Under the pieces are notes generated by a model. The model had not been told where the DNA came from, searched no databases, and was given only the letters and a program-made list of their open reading frames with translations. 64,000 nucleotides of DNA, from assembly GCA_963825135.1 (NCBI GenBank), contig CAWGRW010000009.1, forward strand, positions 2,368,001 through 2,432,000, given 5' to 3'. Position numbers and translations under genes: made by a program. This DNA comes from an uncultured bacterium (lineage in GTDB: Bacteria > Desulfobacterota_D > UBA1144 > Nemesobacterales > UBA2774). Below, piece by piece: positions 53,131-64,000 of the stretch; the first letter of the stretch is position 1, and each line of letters starts with the position of its first letter.

Positions 53131-53890
53131 TATCGATTTCTCCTGAATATGAGATGAGAATAGGGTATCCGGGAGATTCCTGCACCACCCGGATGTTCTC
53201 CGTCCTCGCGAGCTCAAGGAGCGCGAGGAAAGTCACTATCAGGTCGAATTTAGAAGCGCATTCCTCGAGGACTTCCTCGAATTTGATTATGGCTTTTATC
53301 TTGAGCATTTCGAGCAGATATACGATTTTCTCCTCGATGGTTACGCTTTCGACTTCATAAACTATCTGCTCGGCCCAGAGGTAGCTTCTTTTCCTGTAAA
53401 AATCACGGAACGTTTCGATGAGAGACCAAAGGTCTACGGGTACGAGCTCCACCTCTTCCTCGGTTTCGAAGAGCGAGCTGTCGAATTCCCTCTTGAATAC
53501 GTCTCTTCCCAGGATATCCCCTTCGAGAAGCTCGGAGACGGCGTCCCTGTACCGCTGGTACTCTATGAGCCTCCTGACGAGCTCGGCGCGCGGGTCTATC
53601 TCGTCTTCCTCTATTACGGGTTTGGGTAGCAGCATCTTCGATTTTATCAGGCTCAGCTCGGCCGCGATAACGAGGTACTCTCCCACGACCTGGAGGTCGA
53701 GCTCCTTCATGAGCTCCAGATACTCGATATACTGCTCGGTAATCACCGCGATAGGGATGTCGTAGATATCGACTTCGTTCTTCTTGATAAGGTGAAGGAG
53801 AAGGTCGAGCGGGCCCTCGAACATCCGGGTCTTTATCAGACAGGGCTCATGCTGCTTAAGTGCATCCGCTTCGTGAGTGGTTTCGATCAT
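53117..53890 (-). CDS. scpA: Segregation/condensation protein A
   Basis: FEGPLDLLLHLI, IKSKMLLP, DPRAELV, TFLALLEL. Confidence 0.96.
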   Translation of the reverse strand: MIETTHEADALKQHEPCLIKTRMFEGPLDLLLHLIKKNEVDIYDIPIAVITEQYIEYLELMKELDLQVVGEYLVIAAELSLIKSKMLLPKPVIEEDEIDPRAELVRRLIEYQRYRDAVSELLEGDILGRDVFKREFDSSLFETEEEVELVPVDLWSLIETFRDFYRKRSYLWAEQIVYEVESVTIEEKIVYLLEMLKIKAIIKFEEVLEECASKFDLIVTFLALLELARTENIRVVQESPGYPILISYSGEIDIGTY

Positions 53891-54573
53891 TTCAGCAATG
53901 TCCCTATTATATCCCAAAGATTGCCGTAATTGTAGCCCGAAAACGCGAGAGTCAGGTACGAGACCGGATACAGGAGATAGTGGAATATTCCTCCGCCGAA
54001 GATGAATAGAGCGAACAGGAGCAGCACCCCGTAAGGCTCGAACTTGCTGTATGCGTATGCGTATTTGTCGGGCAGGAGGCCGTACATGACCCTCGAGCCG
54101 TCAAGCGGGGGGATAGGAATCATATTGAACACGGCAAGGGCGATACCGTAGACCAGGATCAGTATGAGGATTATCGTAACTATCGAATTTATGCCCTCGG
54201 GCTTGATCTGTCCCCCCATCATCTGAGGGATTATGTATCTCAGCAAAATCCCTGCCCCAATCGCCATCGCGAGATTGGAGAGCGGGCCGGCTATAGCGAC
54301 TAATATGGTGTCTTTTTTAGGGTTCTTGAAATACCGGGCGTTAATCGGGACGGGTTTTGCCCATCCGAATCCAACGAGAAACATGAGTATCGTGCCCATG
54401 ATGTCCAGGTGGGCTATCGGGTTGAGCGTGAGCCTTCCCTGGAGCTTCGCCGTGGGGTCTCCCAGCTTGTTCGCCGTCCAGCCGTGGAAATATTCGTGTA
54501 CGGTGAGCGAGAGCAGTATCACGGGGACCTGAATTAAAAGGAAGTCTATGTTTTTGAGGAAGTCGAAATTCAT
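53887..54573 (-). CDS. Site-2 protease (M50)
   Basis: HEYFHG, AGPLSN, FNMIPIPPLDG. Confidence 0.93.
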   Translation of the reverse strand: MNFDFLKNIDFLLIQVPVILLSLTVHEYFHGWTANKLGDPTAKLQGRLTLNPIAHLDIMGTILMFLVGFGWAKPVPINARYFKNPKKDTILVAIAGPLSNLAMAIGAGILLRYIIPQMMGGQIKPEGINSIVTIILILILVYGIALAVFNMIPIPPLDGSRVMYGLLPDKYAYAYSKFEPYGVLLLFALFIFGGGIFHYLLYPVSYLTLAFSGYNYGNLWDIIGTLLK

Positions 54574-54628
54574 GTGGGCAGGGATAAAACTCCGTTTCTC
54601 CTAGTAATATACTCTAATCGTGGAGGAT

Positions 54629-55516
54629 TTACGATCTCGGGTGATATTTTTTATGAACCGCCTTTAGTCTCTCGCTCTCGACGTGAGTATATATCTGGGT
54701 CGTGGATATGTCCGAGTGGCCGAGCATGATCTGTATCGCCCTCAGGTCGGCGCCCCTCTCGAGCAGGTGAGTCGCGAACGAGTGCCTGAGGGTATGGGGG
54801 CTGATATTCTTGACGATCCCCGCTTTAAGGGCGTAATGTTTTATAATCTTCCAGAAGCCCTGGCGCGTCATGCCCCTGCCGAGTCTCGTAACGAACAGCG
54901 CTTTAGCGTCCCGGGTCTTGAGCATCGCGGGTCTCGATGTACCCAGGTATTCGAGGAGCTTATTCCTGGCTTTGTCCCCCATGGGCACTATTCTCTCCTT
55001 CGACCCCTTGCCGTAAACGACGACGAAGCCGAGCTCGAAATTCACGTCGTTCAGCTTTAACCCTATGAGCTCCGATACCCTGATCCCTGTCGCATAAAGG
55101 ACTTCGAGCATGGCCGCGTCCCTGAGCCCCTCAGGCGCCGATTCGTCGGGAGCCGAGAGGAGCCTCTCGACCTCGTCGAGCGTTATGACGCCCGGGATCC
55201 CTTTTTTCATTTTCGGGGTCCGTACGTGGGCCGCGGGGTTTTCTTCGATCAATTTTTCCATCAGCAGGTACTTGAAGAACTGCTTTAGGGACACGATGCT
55301 TCTTACGACGGTAGTCGCGTTAAAACCCTTGTCTTTAAAGTGCGAAAGGTAATCAAGTATATGACTGTATTTGATGTCTCCGGCGGAACCCGGTCCGTGT
55401 TCATCCATGAAACGGATGAATTTCCTTACGTCCCTGCCGTAGGATTCCAGCGTGTTTTCGGAAAGCCCTTTTTCAACCGCAAGGTAGGAAAGAAAGGAAT
55501 CGAGCAAGGCGTCCAT
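54629..55516 (-). CDS. xerD: Tyrosine recombinase XerD
   Basis: EKGLSENTLESY, YATGIRVSEL, GKGSKERIVP, TRQGFW, HTLRHSFATHLL, LGHSDISTTQIY. Confidence 0.95.
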   Translation of the reverse strand: MDALLDSFLSYLAVEKGLSENTLESYGRDVRKFIRFMDEHGPGSAGDIKYSHILDYLSHFKDKGFNATTVVRSIVSLKQFFKYLLMEKLIEENPAAHVRTPKMKKGIPGVITLDEVERLLSAPDESAPEGLRDAAMLEVLYATGIRVSELIGLKLNDVNFELGFVVVYGKGSKERIVPMGDKARNKLLEYLGTSRPAMLKTRDAKALFVTRLGRGMTRQGFWKIIKHYALKAGIVKNISPHTLRHSFATHLLERGADLRAIQIMLGHSDISTTQIYTHVESERLKAVHKKYHPRS

Positions 55517-55535
55517 AATTCTACATTCTACAACA

Positions 55536-57997
<2,462 letters not shown>

Positions 57998-58042
57998 GCT
58001 AATATCCTTATTATGAGCGGGAATTGTTCAATAAGAGCGCAT

Positions 58043-58071
58043 ATGGTAAATAGTTTTGAGGGGTCTGTCAA
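58043..58071 (-). promoter_or_regulatory. Sigma70 promoter of metK-ahcY
   Basis: TTGACA-N17-TACCAT. Confidence 0.65.
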
Positions 58072-58211
58072 GAAACCCGCCCGTATACCGGGGGAGACGA
58101 ACCCGCGCGAAAATGGGGACGGATGCCCCCTTTTCACACCCGGGCCCGGGCATGGTATAATCCGTTCCCTGAATTAGAAGGACAACTCTGCTGTTCGAGG
58201 AAAGTGATAAA

Positions 58212-58883
58212 ATGAAGAAATTGATAGCGCCTTCCATATTATCGGCCGATTTTACGAGGCTCGGGGAAGAGGTAAGGGCGATAAAGGAGGCGGGCGCCGA
58301 CTGGATACACGTCGACGTAATGGACGGCCACTTCGTCCCCAATATCAGCATCGGGATACCCGTAGTCGAAGCGCTCGGCAAGGTCGATCCCCCTCCGATG
58401 GACATACACCTTATGATAGACAACCCGGACGAGTTCGCGGAGAGGTTCATCGACGCGGGCGGGGATGCCGTAGTCGGCATTACGGTTCAATACGAGACCT
58501 GCAAGCTCCTTTACAGCACGGTGTCCAGAATAAAATCGAGGGGAGTGAACGCCGGTATAGCCATTAATCCCACGACGCCGCTCTCCGTCCTCGACGAGGT
58601 CTTCGAGTACGCCGACATGATACTGGTAATGACGGTCGAGCCCGGGTTCCCGGGGCAGAAGTTCATCCATTCCATGGTGCCGAAGGTAAAGAGGCTCCGC
58701 GAGAAGATAGACGGCTCCGGGCATAAGCCGCTGATCGAGGTCGACGGAGGCATAAAGCTCGATAATATCAGGCTCATCGCCGGGGCGGGCGCGGACGTTA
58801 TCGTCTCCGGCTCCGGTATCTTCCAATCTTCGAGCTACTCGGAGACCATGGAGCTCATGCGGAAAGAGATTAAGGGCCTGTGA
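58212..58883 (+). CDS. rpe: Ribulose-phosphate 3-epimerase
   Basis: APSILSADF, HVDVMDGHFVPN, MTVEPGF.GQ, EVDGG. Confidence 0.97.
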   Translation: MKKLIAPSILSADFTRLGEEVRAIKEAGADWIHVDVMDGHFVPNISIGIPVVEALGKVDPPPMDIHLMIDNPDEFAERFIDAGGDAVVGITVQYETCKLLYSTVSRIKSRGVNAGIAINPTTPLSVLDEVFEYADMILVMTVEPGFPGQKFIHSMVPKVKRLREKIDGSGHKPLIEVDGGIKLDNIRLIAGAGADVIVSGSGIFQSSSYSETMELMRKEIKGL

Positions 58884-59074
58884 CGGATGCGCGGAGCCGA
58901 CAATTGATCCGGAGATCCGGCCAATATCCGGTTTCATTTTTCAGAAATGCTTGAGAAAGAAAGGCTGTCCGGCGTCTCCTTTGATCGCATTGACCAGGCC
59001 GAAAATATATCGATAATTTGCCCGATCTGCCGTCGTCATTGTATTCAGACTCTAAAATCTTTAATCTATTATAT

Positions 59075-61021
59075 ATGGATAAAGACAAAGTCCCTTTTAA
59101 GGGCATTCAGGAAAACGAGGCGATCAGGGCGATTTTAGAGGGGACGTCAACCGATACCGGCCGTGACTTCTTTATCTCCCTCGTCAAAAATCTCTCCAAG
59201 GTGCTCAACACTCACGGCGCCATGGTTACCGAGTATCTTGAGGAAGAAGGACGGCTCAGATCCATAGCCTGTGTAATCGGGGATCAGCGCCTTAAAGAAT
59301 TCGATTATTCGCTCGCAGGCACGGCGTGTGAAACGGTGGTTCTCGAGAAACGCCTGGTGTACGTCCGCGAGAGACTCTTCAGCGAGTATAAGGGCAACCC
59401 GGATCTCAAGGATTTCCCCAAAGAGGGAATCGTCAGTTATCTGGGTTATCCGTTCGTGGACGTGGACGGGAGGATATTGGGACATATTTCGGTGCTTGAC
59501 AAGGACCCGATTCCTGAAGACGTGCGGGTATTCAATGTATTCAGGATATTCGCTAATCGCGGGACCGCCGAAATGCAGCGGCTGCGCGCTGAGAAAAAAA
59601 TCCTCGAGAGAGAAGATAAGCTGAGGAGGCTTTTCGACAGCGCCATGGACGCGATAATCGAGTTCGATAAGGACCTTAAAGTCACGAGGATCAACCCCGC
59701 TGCATCCCGGTTGTTCGGATACGATAGCGACAGGGTGCTGGGCAGATTGTTCGGCCTTCTCCTCAACAAGGAAAGCAGCGTGAAACTCATCCGTCTCACC
59801 GAGTTCCTTAACGAAAAACCCGAGGGGGAGAAATTCATCTGGATACCCGAGGGTCTCAGGGCCGTAAACGAAAGGGGGGAGGAGTTCCCTGCCGAAGCCA
59901 CTCTTTCCGGTTTCGAGATTGGAAGCGAACGCTTCTACACGCTGATTTTGCGGAACGTGAACGAGAGGCTCCTTGCGGAGAATAAGATCAGGTCCCTGAC
60001 GCTCGAATCGGAATATCTGAAAGAGGAGCTGAAATCCCTCACGGAATCAGTGGGCATAATCGGCGACAGCGAGCCCTTGCTGAGGGTCCTCGAAGACGTG
60101 AAGAGCGTCGCCGGCACGGAAGCGACCGTTATGATCCTGGGCGAGACTGGTACGGGAAAGGAGCTCATAGCCAGGTCCATCCATTCCTCCAGCCGGCGCT
60201 CGGACAAGCCGTTCGTAAAGGTGAACTGCCCGGCGATACCCGCGAACCTGATCGAGAGCGAGCTCTTCGGTCACGAGAGGGGCGCTTTCACCGGGGCTAC
60301 GAACAAGAGAGAGGGACGGTTCTCAATCGCCGACGGAGGAACGATTTTTCTTGACGAAATAGGCGAGCTGTCCATTGACCTTCAGTCAAAGCTTCTCCGT
60401 GTGCTTCAGGAAGGCGAGTTCGAGCCCGTAGGAAGCTCCAAAACCGTAATGGTCGATGTCCGGGTGATAGCGGCGACTAACCGGGACCTGTTAAAGGAGA
60501 TTGCCGAGGGACGGTTCAGGGAAGACCTCTACTACAGGCTCAATGTATTCCAGATCGAGCTACCCCCGCTCAGGGAACGCGCCGGGGATATAGAAAAACT
60601 CGCGAGCGCATTCATGGACAAATATGCAAAGAGAAACGGGATAGCCCTGAGCCCGCTCTCCGCAGGTGACCTCGCGCGTCTCAAATCGTATCCCTGGCCG
60701 GGGAATATCAGAGAGCTTCAAAATGTGATAGAGCGTGCGGTTATAACGGCGGCTGACGGGAGATTGGATCTCGAAAGGGCGCTGCCCGCGTCCCGGGACA
60801 TCGTCAGACCTGCCCCGGAGACAGGATTGGGGGATGATGAAAGCATCGTGCTTTCGGAGAGGGAATTAAAAGAGCTGGAAAGAAAAAATATCTTGCGCGC
60901 CCTCGAGAAGACGGGCTGGAAAGTGGCCGGTAAAGACGGTGCCGCCGCGATTCTCGGCATACCGACGTCTACGCTCAATTCGAAAATAAAGTCTTTCGGC
61001 ATAGACGTTCCATCCAAGTAA
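59075..61021 (+). CDS. Sigma54 enhancer-binding protein (GAF-PAS-AAA+-HTH)
   Basis: [49 protein letters not shown]. Confidence 0.95.
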   Translation: MDKDKVPFKGIQENEAIRAILEGTSTDTGRDFFISLVKNLSKVLNTHGAMVTEYLEEEGRLRSIACVIGDQRLKEFDYSLAGTACETVVLEKRLVYVRERLFSEYKGNPDLKDFPKEGIVSYLGYPFVDVDGRILGHISVLDKDPIPEDVRVFNVFRIFANRGTAEMQRLRAEKKILEREDKLRRLFDSAMDAIIEFDKDLKVTRINPAASRLFGYDSDRVLGRLFGLLLNKESSVKLIRLTEFLNEKPEGEKFIWIPEGLRAVNERGEEFPAEATLSGFEIGSERFYTLILRNVNERLLAENKIRSLTLESEYLKEELKSLTESVGIIGDSEPLLRVLEDVKSVAGTEATVMILGETGTGKELIARSIHSSSRRSDKPFVKVNCPAIPANLIESELFGHERGAFTGATNKREGRFSIADGGTIFLDEIGELSIDLQSKLLRVLQEGEFEPVGSSKTVMVDVRVIAATNRDLLKEIAEGRFREDLYYRLNVFQIELPPLRERAGDIEKLASAFMDKYAKRNGIALSPLSAGDLARLKSYPWPGNIRELQNVIERAVITAADGRLDLERALPASRDIVRPAPETGLGDDESIVLSERELKELERKNILRALEKTGWKVAGKDGAAAILGIPTSTLNSKIKSFGIDVPSK

Positions 61022-61058
61022 TCAAATCCCGAAAAAGAACCATTAATTCACCTAATTC

Positions 61059-61076
61059 ATAGCGGGAATTCGCTAT
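61059..61076. promoter_or_regulatory. Candidate upstream activator site
   Basis: Palindrome ATAGCG-N6-CGCTAT, 85-100 bp upstream of the sigma54 promoter. Confidence 0.45.
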
Positions 61077-61160
61077 AAACGAAAATCCGCTACCGATCGG
61101 ACAACCTCGATAATGTCATAACTCTCTGTCATTCCAGCGATATATAGCACGAGCAGGACT

Positions 61161-61175
61161 TGGCACGACTGTTGC
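61161..61175 (+). promoter_or_regulatory. Sigma54 (-24/-12) promoter
   Basis: TGGCACG-ACTG-TTGC, full consensus. Confidence 0.85.
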
Positions 61176-61214
61176 GCTTATAGCCTGTAACAAAATCAAA
61201 CGGAGGTTAGTGCA

Positions 61215-61475
61215 ATGAAGAAGTTAATCACAGTCACGGCATTAGGGTTATCGCTCGGTTTTTCAGCCCTTTCATACGCTTCGGACTATATGGACCTTTA
61301 CACAGGCGGTCCCGCGGTCAATGAAGTGAAGAGTGAGACGAAAGGCGGGGAAGTAGAGACGAGCCCGATGAGCTTCTACCTGAGCCCTGTCAAAGTTCAT
61401 GATAACGAATCTTTGATCAAGGTTGAGGGGACGGACGATGAGAAAGCTCTTTTCGTGTTCGGCGTCGGGATTTAA
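61215..61475 (+). CDS. Small secreted hypothetical protein
   Basis: GGAGG SD; signal peptide MKKLITVTALGLSLGFSALSYA. Confidence 0.75.
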   Translation: MKKLITVTALGLSLGFSALSYASDYMDLYTGGPAVNEVKSETKGGEVETSPMSFYLSPVKVHDNESLIKVEGTDDEKALFVFGVGI

Positions 61476-61556
61476 CTGTGCGGTAAAGGGGAGGGAGTCA
61501 AATACAAAAATGACTCCCGCGCCCCGGGTAAACATCAAATAAAAAAGGAGAAAGTC

Positions 61557-62378
61557 ATGAGAGTCATACCGAATATAGACACGATCAAATCCAAAATGAG
61601 GGATGCATGGAACGCCGGGGATTACGGCAGGTTCGCGACCTATATGGAACCGGGGGCAGTGGAGATACTGAAGGGATGGCACATACAGCCCGGGCGCACC
61701 ATGCTGGATGTAGCCTGCGGAGCGGGACAGATTTCGATCCTCGCTTCCATGGCGGGTATCAACGTTACCGGCGTCGACATCGCGCCTAACTCGCTCGCCT
61801 CTGCGCGGGCACGTGCGGCGAGGGAAGGGCTGGATACAAAATTCGACGAAGGGGACGCCGAGTGTCTCCCGTATGCGGATGAGTTTTTCGATGTCGTAAC
61901 CACACTCGTGGGCGCCATGTTCGCCCCGCAGCCTGAAAAGGTGGCCCGGGAATTCATCAGGGTTTGCAAGCCCGGAGGCAGGATGCTGATGGTCAACTGG
62001 ACCCCCGAGGGATTTGTCGGACAAATGTTCAAGACCCTCGGCAGATACGTCCCGCCCCCGTCCGATGTGCCTTCGCCGCTCCTCTGGGGCAACGAAGAGG
62101 TCGTTAAAGAACGGTTCGGACATTCGGTGAGCCATATAATCCTCACAAAGAAATACTATCCCTTATGGGATTATCCTTTCGATGTGCCGGAGGTCGTTCA
62201 GTTCTTCTTCGATAACTACGGACCTACGAATAAAGCGATAAATGTGCTCGACGAAACGGGAGGGAAACACCTCAGAACAGATCTGGAGAAAGTATTCTCC
62301 GACTTCAATATCGCGGAGAACGGCACTACCACGCTCTTCGGTGAATACCTGGAAGTGGACGCGATTAAAAAGCAGTAA
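61557..62378 (+). CDS. Class I SAM-dependent methyltransferase
   Basis: MLDVACGAG, GVDIA, EGDAECLPY, GAMFAP, RVCKPGG, NWTPEG. Confidence 0.93.
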   Translation: MRVIPNIDTIKSKMRDAWNAGDYGRFATYMEPGAVEILKGWHIQPGRTMLDVACGAGQISILASMAGINVTGVDIAPNSLASARARAAREGLDTKFDEGDAECLPYADEFFDVVTTLVGAMFAPQPEKVAREFIRVCKPGGRMLMVNWTPEGFVGQMFKTLGRYVPPPSDVPSPLLWGNEEVVKERFGHSVSHIILTKKYYPLWDYPFDVPEVVQFFFDNYGPTNKAINVLDETGGKHLRTDLEKVFSDFNIAENGTTTLFGEYLEVDAIKKQ

Positions 62379-62563
62379 CAGGATTGGATCGGCGCGGGCG
62401 GCCTCGGCCTGAAGGGGCCGCCCGGGTTTCAGGAGCTTGTTATAGGCCTTCACAGGCGCTCGATACGGCAATTTCGGTTAAGCGCCGGATGCGGACACTC
62501 GGACCTCCTTCCGGATTGATATCTTCCCGTTTAAGCATAATTGGTTACAATAAAATACGACCC

Positions 62564-63205
62564 ATGGACCGCGGATCCGACTACATCAAAGAAATCGAAT
62601 CGTATTATCTGACTCTGGCGGGGGAGGGGATAATGCTCTCCCCGATCGATTACAATATCATCCGGGAATGGAAAAAGAGGGAGATACCGAGGGAGGTCGT
62701 CCTCATGGGTATAAACAGGGCCTTTTCCGAGAGCGGCATCAAGGGCGCGCCCGGCTCCCCGAGGAGCCTCAAGCACTGCGCGGGCTTCGTGGAGAAGTGC
62801 ATCGAGGAATACGGCCCTCCTGCCGGAGAGAAGAAATCGAGGCGGAAGGATGCGCCGGGCGGCGCGGATATGGAAGTCTCCGAGCGGCTCGAGAGTCTCA
62901 TACACGACGCGAAGGCCCCGGCCGTCAGGGAGTACTATATAAAGCTCCGAAAAAAGGTGCTGAGTCTCGACAGGGCGGAAGGCGCCAACTACGTTTCAGG
63001 CGTCACGGGGCTCGAGAAAGAGTCTCTCGAAGAGTTTTTCCTCGGGCTTCCCGATAAAGAGAGGCAAAAAATAAGCTTAGAAGCGGAGAAGATTATAAAA
63101 GACAGGTCCCGCTACATGACGAAGAGCGCGTACGAGGAGAGCCTCGTCTCGTTCAGGAACGAGATCCTTGGTAAAAAGTACGGAATAAAGTGTATAATCT
63201 CCTGA
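62564..63205 (+). CDS. Hypothetical protein with DnaD/DnaB_2-like N-terminal domain
   Basis: EIESYY...G....LSPIDYNIIREW....IP.EVVL.GI..AF...PRSLKHC; fold is inferred. Confidence 0.6.
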   Translation: MDRGSDYIKEIESYYLTLAGEGIMLSPIDYNIIREWKKREIPREVVLMGINRAFSESGIKGAPGSPRSLKHCAGFVEKCIEEYGPPAGEKKSRRKDAPGGADMEVSERLESLIHDAKAPAVREYYIKLRKKVLSLDRAEGANYVSGVTGLEKESLEEFFLGLPDKERQKISLEAEKIIKDRSRYMTKSAYEESLVSFRNEILGKKYGIKCIIS

Positions 63206-63218
63206 AAGGCGCTATAAA

Positions 63219-64000
63219 ATGACTAAGAACAGAGGAACCGTCGGCTGTGATGACTGTCACTGGTCGGGGTTCGTGGTAAAGAATAAGGGAAATTTTGCGG
63301 CGGCCGCCCTCTGCGCGTGCGTCCTCGAATGTAAAGAGTGCGGGGGGACGGGGAATGTGCTTTTAACGAACGAGAAGGGCTATTCGTATATCTCTCCGTG
63401 CCCGTCCTGCGGCGTAGTCAGAAGGAACGTAAGGCTCTATAACGCGGCGGGGATTCCTGCCAAATATTCGCACGTTCTTCAGGTGGACGCGGGTCTCGTG
63501 CCCACCCATATCAACAGGCATCTGCAAATGGCGCTTAAGTATGCGAAGGAAGAGTTCGTAAAGAAGTACCCAACGAAAAAAGGGTTCCTGCTCATGGGCC
63601 CTTCGGGTCTGGGCAAGACGCATCTGGCGGTGGGGACCATCTCTGAGCTCACGCTTTCCCACGGCGTCAAGTGCGTGTTCAAGGACTTCTTTTACCTCCT
63701 TTCGGAGTTAAAGCAGGCTTATTCCGAAGGGACTCCCGAGAACGAGGTCATCCTCCCGCTTATCGAGACCGAGGTCCTGGTCATAGACGAGCTCGGAAAG
63801 GGGAGGAGCAACGAATGGGAGCTCAACATATTGGACCAGCTCATATCGAAACGGTATAACGCCTCGAAGCAGACGCTGATAACGACGAATTACATCACCA
63901 GGGAAATAGCGAAAGGCACGGGTAATTCCGACGAGATACTGGAAGTGAGGGTAGGGGAGCGCATAGCGTCCCGTCTTTTCGAGATGTGCGAATTGGTTCA
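63219..64000 (+). CDS. DnaC/DnaI/IstB-family AAA+ ATPase with N-terminal Cys-rich Zn domain; 3'-partial, absent from the ORF track
   Basis: Manual translation: CDDC, CAC, CKECGGTG, CPSC, AGIPAKY, GPSGLGKTHLA, VLVIDELGK, SKRYN, TLITTN, RVGERIASRLFEMC. Confidence 0.9.
   Translation, partial: MTKNRGTVGCDDCHWSGFVVKNKGNFAAAALCACVLECKECGGTGNVLLTNEKGYSYISPCPSCGVVRRNVRLYNAAGIPAKYSHVLQVDAGLVPTHINRHLQMALKYAKEEFVKKYPTKKGFLLMGPSGLGKTHLAVGTISELTLSHGVKCVFKDFFYLLSELKQAYSEGTPENEVILPLIETEVLVIDELGKGRSNEWELNILDQLISKRYNASKQTLITTNYITREIAKGTGNSDEILEVRVGERIASRLFEMCELV

Noticed and set aside
54629..55516. xerD as a mobile-element integrase
   Set aside because: Canonical XerD motifs in a housekeeping xerD-S2P-scpAB context
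57998..58211. SAM/SAH riboswitch upstream of metK-ahcY
   Set aside because: Promoter lies about 45 nt from the ATG, leaving too short a leader; no recognisable aptamer
62384..62563. 5' extension of the 273-aa ORF
   Set aside because: Runs through a GC hairpin/terminator-like region; the conserved-looking part begins at ATG 62564

Overview
Mostly core chromosome of a diderm bacterium. The gene set looks Desulfobacterota-like, possibly Ca. Dadabacteria (inference from gene content only). About 57 CDS and one tRNA-Leu(GAG); no CRISPR array, transposase or phage structural genes were seen. Housekeeping genes include rlmB, ligA, polX, apgM, pepA, sppA, ilvE, der, scpAB, xerD, ahcY, metK and rpe. 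More unusual items: (i) an RND efflux operon whose TolC carries an N-terminal periplasmic-binding-protein-like domain, divergent from a secreted 4-repeat cyanovirin-like lectin; (ii) a type III PKS/methyltransferase pair bracketed by two paralogous ArsR repressors, DoxX and a long AT-rich non-coding block; (iii) two sigma54 promoters, one before a siroheme nitrite/sulfite reductase and one before a small secreted protein plus methyltransferase; (iv) three intergenic clusters of several REP-like palindrome families, some nested in each other; (v) at the right edge, a DnaD-like gene followed by an 8-Cys zinc-finger DnaC/DnaI-type ATPase that the ORF track missed, a candidate helicase-loader module. 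Four genes carry frameshifts (five events), most simply explained as assembly indels. All calls come from motif recognition by eye; no searches were run.
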